A stretch of DNA of 43,864 nt, from IMG/VR virus record IMGVR_UViG_2698536620_000007. One strand, 5' to 3'. This document shows, piece after piece, positions 28,514-37,752 of the stretch. Positions within the stretch are counted from its first letter, which is position 1. Each line of letters opens with the position of its first letter. This DNA is from a virus (taxonomy: Duplodnaviria; Heunggongvirae; Uroviricota; Caudoviricetes). A program made the position numbers and the translations under genes. Below the pieces are notes generated by a model that saw only the letters and a list, made by a program, of their open reading frames with translations, had not been told where the DNA came from and made no database searches.

Positions 28514-29621
28514 ACTGTATATCGGTGGCAGTATTTTTTCCGGCTGGCTGACGGTCAGCGTCCGTCGCTCGCTGGAGCATCTGGCCGGGTCGTTTGAACT
28601 GGGGCTGATGCTGCCCGGTGAGCGCATCCCCTCAGCCCTGCGAACCGGTCAGTCCCTGACGCTCAGAATTAACGGGCAGACGGTCATCAGTGGCTGGCTG
28701 GATCAGGTCAGTCAGCGGATCAGTGCAACCCGTCATCAGATCAGCATCAGCGGTCGGGATAAAACCGGCGACCTGGTGGACTGTGCCGCCATCCATCCCG
28801 GCAGCCAGTGGCGCAACCGGACGCTGGCACAGATTGCCGCAGATTTATGTGCGCCCTTCGGGATAGCCGTGCGCTGGCAGGTTAACGACGACACGGCTGC
28901 ACGCCCCTTCAGCTCTTTTACGCTGGAAAACTCAGAAACCGTGGCGGATGCGCTGACCCGTGCTGCCCGGCATCGCGGGGTGCTGGTGACCAGTAATGCT
29001 GACGGCGATCTGGTGTTCACCCAGGCAGGAAGCCAGCAGACGGACAGACTGGTGCTGGGAGATAACCTGCTTGATGCCGATTACAACACGGACTGGCGAG
29101 GACGATACAGCGAATACCGTGTCCGGGGACACGGGCGCGGTGGTGGCAAACGGGGAGACAGCGAATCCGCCGCCCGTCTGGCAGCACCTGTGGGCGTCAT
29201 CAGTGATGAGCAGATCGGCCGCTACCGGTCGAAAATCATCCTCGCCGATCAACAGACAGACACCACCGGTGCACGGCAGCGTGCCCTGCGTGAAATGCGC
29301 CGTGCGATTGCCCGTTCAGAACGGTTTTCTGCCACCGTGCGTGGCTGGTTCCGGGATGATGGCCGGTTATGGGATGTCAATCTGCTGACCGGTGTTTCAG
29401 CCCTGCGTTTCGGTATAGAACAGACTGAACTGCTGGTCTGTCAGGTGGAGTTTTTACTTGATGAACATAACGGGGAAGTCACCCGGCTGGTACTGGCACC
29501 GCGTGACGGCTTTATCGTTCCGGCAGAGCCGGACAGTAAGGGCCGGGGTGGTTCCGGTGACGATGTTGATGCCTTTATTCGCCAGCAGATGAAAAAACAG
29601 GGGATCAGCTTTGATGAATGA
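28497..29621 (+). CDS. Baseplate/tail protein (Mu P-like)
   Basis: 374 aa, Mu-like position. Confidence 0.7.
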   Translation: MSSRIELYIGGSIFSGWLTVSVRRSLEHLAGSFELGLMLPGERIPSALRTGQSLTLRINGQTVISGWLDQVSQRISATRHQISISGRDKTGDLVDCAAIHPGSQWRNRTLAQIAADLCAPFGIAVRWQVNDDTAARPFSSFTLENSETVADALTRAARHRGVLVTSNADGDLVFTQAGSQQTDRLVLGDNLLDADYNTDWRGRYSEYRVRGHGRGGGKRGDSESAARLAAPVGVISDEQIGRYRSKIILADQQTDTTGARQRALREMRRAIARSERFSATVRGWFRDDGRLWDVNLLTGVSALRFGIEQTELLVCQVEFLLDEHNGEVTRLVLAPRDGFIVPAEPDSKGRGGSGDDVDAFIRQQMKKQGISFDE

Positions 29622-30225
29622 TGAAGTGTTCAGCCGCCTGATTGCCCCGGTAACGCGCGGTATTCGCCTGTTGTTTGGCCGGGGCGTTCTGACCGGCACA
29701 CATGACGAACTGAAAATGCAGAATGTGCAGCTCACCGGCATGGACGGCGAAACCTTTGATGATGTGGAGCGTCCCCAGCAGTACGGGCAGATCAGCGTTC
29801 CCCTGCCGGGTGCGGAAACCTTTTTTGCCTGTCTGGGCGGACAGCGGGATCAGACTGTGGTGCTTGTGGTGGAAGACCGGCGCAGCCGCCCGACCGGACT
29901 CACAGCCGGAGATACGGGGGTGTATCACCATGAGGGGCACCGGATACGGTTAACAAAGGATGGTCGCATTATTGTGACATGCAAAATGCTGGAGATTTAC
30001 GCCGATGAGGGGATGCGGGTGGATACGCCGGAGGCCACCTTTACGGGCAATGTGACGGTGGATAAAAACCTGCATGTTAAGGGTAATTTCGTGCTTGATG
30101 GTACAGGTAAATCAGACGGGCTGTTCACGATGTCTGATGCCGTTATTGCCGGGATCACCTATTCCGGCCATGTGCATCAGGATAACGGCAAAGGCAGTAA
30201 GACAGGAGCGCCGGAGAATGGCTGA
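29611..30225 (+). CDS. Baseplate assembly protein (Mu gp45 / V-like spike)
   Basis: 204 aa. Confidence 0.65.
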   Translation: MMNDEVFSRLIAPVTRGIRLLFGRGVLTGTHDELKMQNVQLTGMDGETFDDVERPQQYGQISVPLPGAETFFACLGGQRDQTVVLVVEDRRSRPTGLTAGDTGVYHHEGHRIRLTKDGRIIVTCKMLEIYADEGMRVDTPEATFTGNVTVDKNLHVKGNFVLDGTGKSDGLFTMSDAVIAGITYSGHVHQDNGKGSKTGAPENG

Positions 30226-30655
30226 TATTGCAATTGTATGGGATCAGGGGTGCGGTTCGCTGCAACTGAACGGTGCCGACTTGCTGACGGATGACAGTCT
30301 GCTGACGGCCGTTCTGATTTCGCTGTTTACTGACCGCCGGGCGCTGGCATCGGATGAAATCCCTGACGGTACGCGCGACCGCCGGGGATGGTGGGGAGAC
30401 AGTTTTCGCCCGCGCCCCATTGGCTCCCGTCTGTGGCTTCTCAGCCGGGAAAAAACGCTGGCCTCGGTGATAAGCCGTGCCCGTGCTTACGCGGATGAGG
30501 CGCTGGGCTGGCTCAGTCAGGATGGCGTGGCGTCATCCGTGGTCTGTCATGCAGAACGTGTGGGACACGCGCGGCTGGCGCTTTCGGTGCGCATAACCCT
30601 GCCTGATGGTTCAGTGAGGCCCATGATTTTTTATGCTGATCTTAAGGGGGAGTAA
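30218..30655 (+). CDS. Baseplate protein (Mu gp46 / W-like)
   Basis: ATG at 30218 overlapping the upstream stop (ATGGCTGA); 145 aa; the track ORF 30074..30655 has a spurious upstream extension. Confidence 0.65.
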   Translation: MADIAIVWDQGCGSLQLNGADLLTDDSLLTAVLISLFTDRRALASDEIPDGTRDRRGWWGDSFRPRPIGSRLWLLSREKTLASVISRARAYADEALGWLSQDGVASSVVCHAERVGHARLALSVRITLPDGSVRPMIFYADLKGE

Positions 30656-31737
30656 TGCCTTATCAGCCTTTACCGCTGGCACAGTTAATCACGCAGACAC
30701 AGCAGGATATCAGCCAGCGCCTGCCCGGCTCGCAGCCGGGTGTGAATGAAACCACCCTGAATGCCATTGCTTACGCTCAGGCAGGGTTATCTGCTCAGGA
30801 GCATGAGCATCTGGCCTGGATTGCGCGTCAGATCATCCCGACCGAAGCCGATGAAGCCGAACTGCTGAAACACTGTGCATTCTGGGGCGTCATGCGTAAG
30901 CCTGCCTCTCGGGGGGACGGGCCGGTTCAGCTGATGCTGACCACGGATGCGGGGATCAAGGAAGGTGTGCTTCTCCAGCGAAGTGATGGCGTGGTTTACC
31001 GTATCACCACCTCCCTGACCGGTAAGGCCGGTACGCTGAATGTCAGTGTGGAAGCCGAAAGTGCCGGTCGTGCGGGGAATGCCCCGGCAGGGACAAAACT
31101 GACATTTATCACACCGCAGGCGGGGATCAACCAGACGGCCACGGTGACCGGAACGGGGATCACCGGTGGTGCGGATGTGGAAACCGTGCCGGAGCTGCTT
31201 TCCCGTCTGGTTTTCCGGGTGCAGAATCCACCGTCCGGCGGCACGCAGTATGATTTTGAACGCTGGGCGCGTGAAGTGCCGGGCGTGACGCGGGCATGGT
31301 GCCGCCCGGAATGGCCGCAGGCGGGCAGCGTGGGGGTAACGTTTGTTCAGGATAATAACCCGGATATTTTCCCCGGTGACGGTGATGTTCAGCGGGTGGC
31401 GGATTATATCCGCAGTCATGATGATCCGGCGACCGGCCAGCCTGTCGGACAGCCTCTGGGGCCGACGGTGACCGTGTTTAAACTGACCAATAAGCCGGTG
31501 CCCTTCAGCATCAGGATCATCCCGAAAACACCGGAGAATCAGGCGGCCGTAAAACAGGCGCTGACCGACCTGTTGTATAACGAATCCCGGCCCGGCGGTC
31601 TGGTTCTGCCGTCGTCTTTCTGGCGGGCGGTGGCAGGGGTGAAAAATCTGGAGGATTTTGAAGTGCGCAGTCCGCTGACGTCAGTTCAGGCGGGAGACAG
31701 TGAGCTGCTGACGGTAGGAGAAATCACATGGCTGTAA
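30655..31737 (+). CDS. Baseplate J-like protein (Mu gp47-like)
   Basis: 360 aa. Confidence 0.75.
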   Translation: MPYQPLPLAQLITQTQQDISQRLPGSQPGVNETTLNAIAYAQAGLSAQEHEHLAWIARQIIPTEADEAELLKHCAFWGVMRKPASRGDGPVQLMLTTDAGIKEGVLLQRSDGVVYRITTSLTGKAGTLNVSVEAESAGRAGNAPAGTKLTFITPQAGINQTATVTGTGITGGADVETVPELLSRLVFRVQNPPSGGTQYDFERWAREVPGVTRAWCRPEWPQAGSVGVTFVQDNNPDIFPGDGDVQRVADYIRSHDDPATGQPVGQPLGPTVTVFKLTNKPVPFSIRIIPKTPENQAAVKQALTDLLYNESRPGGLVLPSSFWRAVAGVKNLEDFEVRSPLTSVQAGDSELLTVGEITWL

Positions 31738-32288
31738 CCCTGACCCCGCATCAGCGCGCCCTGTTGCAGTTACTGCCTGACGGGCTGGCATGGGACAAGC
31801 GTCCGTCATCCGTACTGGCATCATTATGTCTGGGCCTCAGTCATTCGACAGCGCGTGTATCCTGGACGGGTAAACAGCTGCTTGCCGAGCGTTTCCCTGA
31901 CACGTCGCGCCTGCTGCTGGAAGACTGGGAGCGTTATCTCGGGCTTCCCGAGTGTGATATGGCCGGAGCCACCCTCACGGAGCGACAGCGTTATGCCGGA
32001 AATAAATACCGGATGAAGCCCTCGCTGAACCGTGAATTTTATATCCGGTTTGCGGCGGAGTTTGGTTATCAGATTGACATTCAGCCCTCACCGGATTCGC
32101 AGTGGGTCAGTATTGTCACGATTAACAGTGAAACCGGCTACCGGAATATGAATGTGCTGGATGATATTCTCACGCCGCTGCGTATTTATGAAGGCGGTGC
32201 GCTGGAATGTATTCTGAACCGTTATAAGCCTGCATGGCAGACGTTTATTTACGTTTATGCAAACAGCCATGAAGAGGAGACTATTTAA
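31728..32288 (+). CDS. Tail protein (Mu gp48-like)
   Basis: 186 aa immediately before the tail fibre. Confidence 0.7.
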   Translation: MAVTLTPHQRALLQLLPDGLAWDKRPSSVLASLCLGLSHSTARVSWTGKQLLAERFPDTSRLLLEDWERYLGLPECDMAGATLTERQRYAGNKYRMKPSLNREFYIRFAAEFGYQIDIQPSPDSQWVSIVTINSETGYRNMNVLDDILTPLRIYEGGALECILNRYKPAWQTFIYVYANSHEEETI

Positions 32289-33212
32289 TGTTTCATGTTG
32301 ATAATAATTCCGGCGTGGCGAATATGCCTGCGCTGGCACCGGCGCAGAGTAATACCACCACCTGGTTTACCGAAGGTGACGGACAAAAAGGTATCAGCTG
32401 GATTGGTCAGGACTGGCTGAATATTCTCCAGGCCGAACTGCTGAATATTCTGGCTGAAGCCAGTATTCAGCCGGATAAGGCGCAGTTAAACCAGCTTACG
32501 CTGTCCATTAAAGCCATTATCGCTGCGAATGCCTTTTCCCGGAAAAATAACCTGAAAGAAATTGCTGATGCCGGTGCGGAGGCCCAGCGTCTGGCCCGTG
32601 GTTATCTTGGTCTGGGGACGCTTGCCACAAAAAACAGTCTTGGTCCCGCTGACGTTAATGCCCTGGCGAAGGATCAGAATCTCGCCGACCTGGAGAATAA
32701 GGGAACCGCCCGTAATAATCTGGATGTTTACAGCAAAAGCGAAGGTGATAANNNNNNNNNNNNNNNNNNNNNNNNNNNNNNNNNNNNNNNNNNNNNNNNN
32801 NNNGCGCAGGGAGCAGAACGGCGCAGACATTCCGGATAAAGGGGCTTTTATCGATAACGTCGGTTTACGGGAAACGGTAAACAGGGCGGCGAATGCCCTG
32901 CCATCGGACGGCACCGCCGTTGCCGCGAACAGGCTGGCAAATGCCCACACAATTAATGGTGTTCCCTTTGACGGGACGCAGGATATCACTATCTCATCAG
33001 GAACAGTAACCGCCATAAGACTGGGGTCGGTGACCGCACATATGCCCGGAACATGGGAAAGCTGGGATCTGAATCTGGGGGGCGGCAATGTTCTTACCGG
33101 AATTAAAGTACAGGATGTCGGTAAGAATACGGCAGATAACGTCGGCGGCGTGTATTACCGGCCGTTGCAGTATCTGTTAAATGGAGCATGGGTGACGGCT
33201 GCAAGTATATAA
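32288..33212 (+). CDS. Tail fibre protein (constant N-terminal part plus currently joined variable C-terminus); interrupted by the N gap
   Basis: N-terminal part 32288-32751 is in frame 2, post-gap part 32805-33212 in frame 0; fibre-like Gly/Asn/Thr-rich sequence; the gix-like site at 32848-32873 lies inside the gene. Confidence 0.7.
32752..32803. other. Assembly gap / masked bases (52 N)
   Basis: Run of n characters in the input. Confidence 1.
32848..32873. other. gix-like recombination site, left boundary of the invertible tail-fibre segment
   Basis: TTATCGATAACGTCGGTTTACGGGAA resembles the 26-bp Mu gix site (recalled from memory) and is the inverted partner of 34165-34190. A roughly 107-bp inverted repeat runs inward from the core. 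Confidence 0.65.
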
Positions 33213-33220
33213 TGATATTC

Positions 33221-33240
33221 AGAAGGCCTTCCGGCCTTCT
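33221..33240. terminator. Bidirectional hairpin between convergent fibre and assembly genes
   Basis: AGAAGGCC-TTCC-GGCCTTCT perfect hairpin. Confidence 0.5.
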
Positions 33241-33243
33241 TTA

Positions 33244-33765
33244 TTACTGTGGCTGCTCAGGCCATTTAATGGCGTTAAATTCAGCTTCTGTTTTAATGGC
33301 GGGTAGTTCCATTTTCTTCACCTGACTGATGTATGCCATCCATTGGGTAAGTGCTGCTCTGTCTTCATCGCTGATGGTGCCCAGTTGTAGCTCCGTTCTC
33401 CAGTCATTAATTTTTTCATATGCCTGATTAAGATATGACTGGCGCATTGCTTCCAGTTTTCTTGCGTAGTTAACCGGAATACGGGAGATTATGCCATTAT
33501 CAAACTTCCAGTTTCCTGAAATATCCGTGCCTTCAGGGAGTTCATCGACCTCAACCACAGAAAACCCCGCAGGATACAGCGCCGAGGCGTCCTGTGATAT
33601 TGAGCAGATAACGCCGCTGTCAGGTGTTATGCAAAGTTTATATTTTTTGGTGAATAATGGCAGGGATTCGTAGAAATCCTTACCATCTTCACTCTGGAAA
33701 TACTGAACATTATTACCATATGGCATATTTTCAGGATAATAACGGGTTATATTTTTTAGTTCCAT
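33244..33765 (-). CDS. Tail fibre assembly protein (Mu U-like)
   Basis: 173 aa with the conserved Tfa C-terminal region (DEDRAALTQWMAYISQVKKMEL...WPEQP). Confidence 0.75.
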   Translation of the reverse strand: MELKNITRYYPENMPYGNNVQYFQSEDGKDFYESLPLFTKKYKLCITPDSGVICSISQDASALYPAGFSVVEVDELPEGTDISGNWKFDNGIISRIPVNYARKLEAMRQSYLNQAYEKINDWRTELQLGTISDEDRAALTQWMAYISQVKKMELPAIKTEAEFNAIKWPEQPQ

Positions 33766-33816
33766 AAAATCCTCCTGGAAATAAATCTGTTTTAAAATAT
33801 ATTATTTACTGACTAT

Positions 33817-34177
33817 TTATAACTGAGATACCGTAATCCATGTACCTCCGACTAATTTTTGCAGGGGTCTGAATGCTATAAAATCGTTTGAAGCATCAAC
33901 TTTACTGTCAATCTGCAGGCCTGCCATAACATTACCGTACGCAGAGTAATATGCCCCACCGTACATTACCTGCCTGTTCTCTGCTCCCAGCCTGATATCC
34001 TGGATATATCGGGAATCCGCATCCTGCTGTGTTATACCAGAAGTGATGTTTATGTCCTGCGTCCCGTCAAAGGGAACCCCATTAATATTTCTTGGGGTGG
34101 CGAGTCTATTCGCGGCAACGGCGGTGCCGTCCGATGGCAGAGCATTCGCCGCCCTGTTTACCGTTTCCCGTAAACCG
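33817..34177 (-). other. Alternative tail-fibre C-terminal segment (Sv'-like), no start codon of its own
   Basis: Minus-strand frame open from the right gix site to TAA at 33817-33819 (...VPFDGTQDINITSG...GTWITVSQL*). Its first roughly 35 codons match the left inverted repeat inside the plus-strand fibre gene. Confidence 0.55.
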
Positions 34178-34190
34178 AGGTTTTCAGGAA
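34165..34190. other. gix-like recombination site, right boundary of the invertible segment
   Basis: TTCCCGTAAACCGAGGTTTTCAGGAA; its reverse complement matches the left site from the central TC core inward. Confidence 0.65.
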
Positions 34191-34255
34191 AGCCAGGATT
34201 AACTCTGTTTTATTCCTCATGCGACAATTCCGGCTTTTTATAATAAGGAAATCGT

Positions 34256-34828
34256 ATGCTGATTGGGTATATCAGGGTGTCAACAAATGACCAGAATACG
34301 GCGCTACAAAGAAATGCGCTGGAATGTGCAGGATGTGAGCTGTTTTTCGAAGACAGAATAAGCGGTAAGACAAGGGAGCGTCCCGGACTTAAACGCGCAT
34401 TAAAGCGACTCCGGCCAGGGGATACCCTGCTGGTCTGGAAACTGGATCGCCTTGGACGCAGTATGCAGCACCTTGTCCTTTTAACAGAAGAACTCCGGCA
34501 ACGCGGCGTTAACTTCCGCAGCATTACGGACAATATTGATACATCCACTCCCATGGGACGTTTCTTTTTCCATATAATGGGCGCGCTGGCGGAAATGGAG
34601 CGGGAACTCATTATTGAACGTACACGCGCGGGTCTTGCTGCTGCCCGTGCTCAGGGGCGTCATGGCGGCAGACCTCAGAAACTGACAGAGAAAGAGCGGG
34701 AGCAAATCGCCCGTTTGCTGGCTAATGGCGAGTCCCGTAAACAAATCGCACTGATATTTGATATTGGCCTTTCCACCCTTTATCGTTATTTTCCTGCCTC
34801 ACCAGCTCCGTCACCAAAAGTACCGTGA
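34256..34828 (+). CDS. gin: Gin/Hin/Pin-family serine DNA invertase
   Basis: 190 aa; N-terminal GYIRVSTNDQ with the catalytic Ser and a C-terminal HTH; adjacent to the invertible segment. Confidence 0.9.
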   Translation: MLIGYIRVSTNDQNTALQRNALECAGCELFFEDRISGKTRERPGLKRALKRLRPGDTLLVWKLDRLGRSMQHLVLLTEELRQRGVNFRSITDNIDTSTPMGRFFFHIMGALAEMERELIIERTRAGLAAARAQGRHGGRPQKLTEKEREQIARLLANGESRKQIALIFDIGLSTLYRYFPASPAPSPKVP

Positions 34829-34913
34829 CGCTTTTTTGAATTTCCGCAAAACACATATTTTTCAGCGGTCGCTATTCTGACTCTGTTTAATTCAGAAACA
34901 GGCAGAAAAGACG

Positions 34914-36968
34914 ATGTCAGACTCCAAGTGGAAAATGCTCTCCGCCATGCCCGGAGAGTTTTCAGTCAAGGTTGCCGGTGGCACGGTGGCATTTATTGAA
35001 AGCCCTTTCCGCCCTTCGGGTAATAAAGGGGGGATCACCTTCGCAGACTGCGTGATCCGCTTCAGCACGAAAGAGCCATTATGGGTAATGCCGGTATCCG
35101 GTAATCCCAGTGCAGAAATCACCAGTTCAGGCGTGACTGGCATCATTCCAATCACATCTGACGTGGCCGGAACGCTCACGCCCTCCGACTGGAATGCACC
35201 GGATAACGCCGGGCCTTCCGGTAGCACGAATGGCAGCAGTTCAGAGCCGGAATATTACTTTGTTGTCATTCTCGCGGGTCAGTCAAATGGCATGGCCTAC
35301 GGCGAGGGGCTGCCGTTACCGGATTCGTTTGACCGCCCGGACCCACGCATTAAGCAACTGGCACGCCGCAGTACGGTAACGCCCAACGGTACGTCGTGTA
35401 CATACAACGACATCATTCCGGCAGACCACTGCCTGCATGATGTTCAGGATATGAGCGGGATAAACCACCCGAAAGCTGATCTGGCAAAAGGCCAGTACGG
35501 GACTGTCGGTCAGGGGTTGCATATTGCCAAAAAACTGCTTCCCTATATCCCACAGAATGCCGGGATACTTCTGGTGCCCTGTTGTCGTGGCGGGTCAGCA
35601 TTCACCACTGGAGCCGACGGCTCATTCAGTGAGGCCAGCGGTGCTTCCGCTGATTCTTCACGCTGGGGGGCCGGTAAACCTCTGTATCAGGACCTGGTAA
35701 GCCGCACCAAAGTCGCGCTGGCGAAAAACCCGAAAAACAAACTTCTGGCTGTGGTCTGGATGCAGGGAGAGGCAGACCTTGCCTCAGGAAGCCAGCAGCA
35801 TAATAGTTTATTCACGGCCATGGTTCAGCAGTTCAGAACTGACCTGGCTCCGCTTGCTGCGCAGTGCGTGAGTGGAAATGCCACCACGGTGCCGTGGATT
35901 TGCGGTGATACCACGTATTACTGGAAAAACGCTGGCACCGATAAATATGAGGCAGTATACGGTGGCTACAAAGGCAAGGAAGCACAGAAAATTTTCTTTG
36001 TACCGTTCCTGACGGATGAGAATGGACAGAGCACGCCAACGAATGCTCCGGCGGAAGACCCGGATATTGTGGCTGTCGGGTATTACGGTGCAGCATCCCG
36101 AACCCAGGGCAGTTTTGTTTCGACACAGCGTGACAGCCATTTCAGCTCATGGGCACGCAGGGGCGTCATTTCAGACCGTCTGGCCTCAGCTATTATGCTC
36201 CATGCAGGGCGCACGGCTGAACTGATGCGTGGGCAGACCGTGACACCACCGGATGAGAAGCCGTCACCTGATACACCATCAAAACCGTCCACGCCACCCG
36301 CAGACACCACGACGATGAGTACGCTATTTGCTTACCGGGCATCTGAGTCTGAAGGACGGTTGACACCACAGGGTTGGGCTGCCGGAGGTGGCAAGGCTCA
36401 AATCGTGGATGATGCCGGAGCCAGCGGGGGTAAGGCAATGAAACTGACCAAGGAAACAGGAAGAGCCCCCTGGTACCTTGAGCATGATGCTGGTAATGGT
36501 GCGGACCTGCTGGGTAAAGGTGGTCTTGTCAGTTGTCGTTTTAAACTCGATGGCGCGCTTACGGCTAATCAGTACGCACTGGCGCTGTACTGGCCGGTTT
36601 CTGCCCTGCCGCAAGGGGTTACTCTGGAAGGAAATGCCGGTCATAACCTGCTGGCATCGTTCTACGTACAGAGCGATGCCACAGACCTTAACGTGATGTA
36701 TCACAAAGGAAACACGGCGCAGAACACGAAGCTGGGGTCATTCGGCGCATTTAATAACGAATGGCATACGCTGGGCTTCCGTTTTGCCGGTAACAACAGT
36801 ATTGAGGTGACGCCGGTCATTGATGGTAAGGACGGGACACCATTCATGCTGTCGCAGTCTCCGGTCGGCACGTTTACGGCAGACAAGTTGCGCGTGACCG
36901 ATATCACTAAAAATGCGACTTACCCGGTACTGATTGACAGTATCGTGGTGGAAGTGAATAACGCGTAA
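34914..36968 (+). CDS. SGNH/sialate-O-acetylesterase-like carbohydrate esterase with a C-terminal lectin-like domain (cargo)
   Basis: 684 aa; VVILAGQSNGMAYGE (GQSN block) and VVWMQGEAD block typical of the DUF303/sialate O-acetylesterase family; Pro/Thr/Ser-rich linker (PPDEKPSPDTPSKPSTPPADTTT) before a C-terminal beta-rich domain. Confidence 0.55.
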   Translation: MSDSKWKMLSAMPGEFSVKVAGGTVAFIESPFRPSGNKGGITFADCVIRFSTKEPLWVMPVSGNPSAEITSSGVTGIIPITSDVAGTLTPSDWNAPDNAGPSGSTNGSSSEPEYYFVVILAGQSNGMAYGEGLPLPDSFDRPDPRIKQLARRSTVTPNGTSCTYNDIIPADHCLHDVQDMSGINHPKADLAKGQYGTVGQGLHIAKKLLPYIPQNAGILLVPCCRGGSAFTTGADGSFSEASGASADSSRWGAGKPLYQDLVSRTKVALAKNPKNKLLAVVWMQGEADLASGSQQHNSLFTAMVQQFRTDLAPLAAQCVSGNATTVPWICGDTTYYWKNAGTDKYEAVYGGYKGKEAQKIFFVPFLTDENGQSTPTNAPAEDPDIVAVGYYGAASRTQGSFVSTQRDSHFSSWARRGVISDRLASAIMLHAGRTAELMRGQTVTPPDEKPSPDTPSKPSTPPADTTTMSTLFAYRASESEGRLTPQGWAAGGGKAQIVDDAGASGGKAMKLTKETGRAPWYLEHDAGNGADLLGKGGLVSCRFKLDGALTANQYALALYWPVSALPQGVTLEGNAGHNLLASFYVQSDATDLNVMYHKGNTAQNTKLGSFGAFNNEWHTLGFRFAGNNSIEVTPVIDGKDGTPFMLSQSPVGTFTADKLRVTDITKNATYPVLIDSIVVEVNNA

Positions 36969-37112
36969 GCAGGATAAAAAAATGCCGCCGGTAAGGGAAA
37001 ACAAGAAACCGGCGGCAAAAAGATCGTTATATCCAAAGCAAAAAATGCAGTGCACCTTTTTACCTAACAGATATTACCGGTGTCAACACCATGTCAATAA
37101 TTGGGAGGGATA

Positions 37113-37295
37113 ATGACATTTTTACAGCTTATTTTATTGTATTTCTGCACGGCAGTATGTGCGTTATATCTGGTGAGTGGTGGTTATAAGGCCATCAGAA
37201 ATTATGTTCGCCGCAAAATTGAGGACGCAGCAGCTGAAAAACTCAGTAAAACAGCGCAGGTAACTCCGCTCCCAAAAGACCCGACCCAGCCCTGA
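37113..37295 (+). CDS. Small single-pass membrane protein
   Basis: ATG at 37113 preceded by GGGAGGG; 60 aa with an N-terminal TM helix (FLQLILLYFCTAVCALYLV). Confidence 0.35.
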   Translation: MTFLQLILLYFCTAVCALYLVSGGYKAIRNYVRRKIEDAAAEKLSKTAQVTPLPKDPTQP

Positions 37296-37330
37296 TTGCA
37301 GGGCTTTATTCCCGCATAAGGAGGATATAC

Positions 37331-37585
37331 ATGCCAGAAATTAAAGGCACCGTCACTGAAGACCTGGTAAAACAGGCACTGTATTCCGGTGAAGTAAATA
37401 AGTTGCTGAAAGCGCAGGTCCGCAAGGATTTTGAGGCACAAATCGACACTTACGTTGATGAAGTGCTGGCAAAACTTATTGGGCCAGCAGTTGCGGCCAG
37501 TGATGCTGATAATGAGCCGAAAACCGACGCGCAGCCAGAGCAACCAGACCCGGCTCAGCCCGGAACTGACAGTACCATGATGTAA
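37331..37585 (+). CDS. Small acidic protein, hypothetical
   Basis: Strong RBS AAGGAGG; 84 aa with a D/E/P-rich tail. Confidence 0.4.
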   Translation: MPEIKGTVTEDLVKQALYSGEVNKLLKAQVRKDFEAQIDTYVDEVLAKLIGPAVAASDADNEPKTDAQPEQPDPAQPGTDSTMM

Positions 37586-37752
37586 CAATACAAACCGGTG
37601 GTGTCCTCTGCCGGTTTGACACTAATGAAAACATCTTTGCCGCTATCCAGCCATATGTAATCGCTGGATAGTATTTCGTATTCAGAAATATAGCTGCTTA
37701 TGGAGCAGTCAATCCTGCTTCCCCATCCGGGCAGGCAAATGAACCGGTATCA

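Noticed and set aside
30787-31419. 210-aa minus-strand ORF within the baseplate J-like gene
   Set aside because: Antisense shadow ORF.
36984-37016. Hairpin GCCGCCGGT...ACCGGCGGC after the esterase gene as a plus-strand terminator
   Set aside because: Followed by an A-run, not a T-run, on the plus strand; it would terminate only minus-strand transcripts, and no minus-strand gene ends there, so it was left unannotated.
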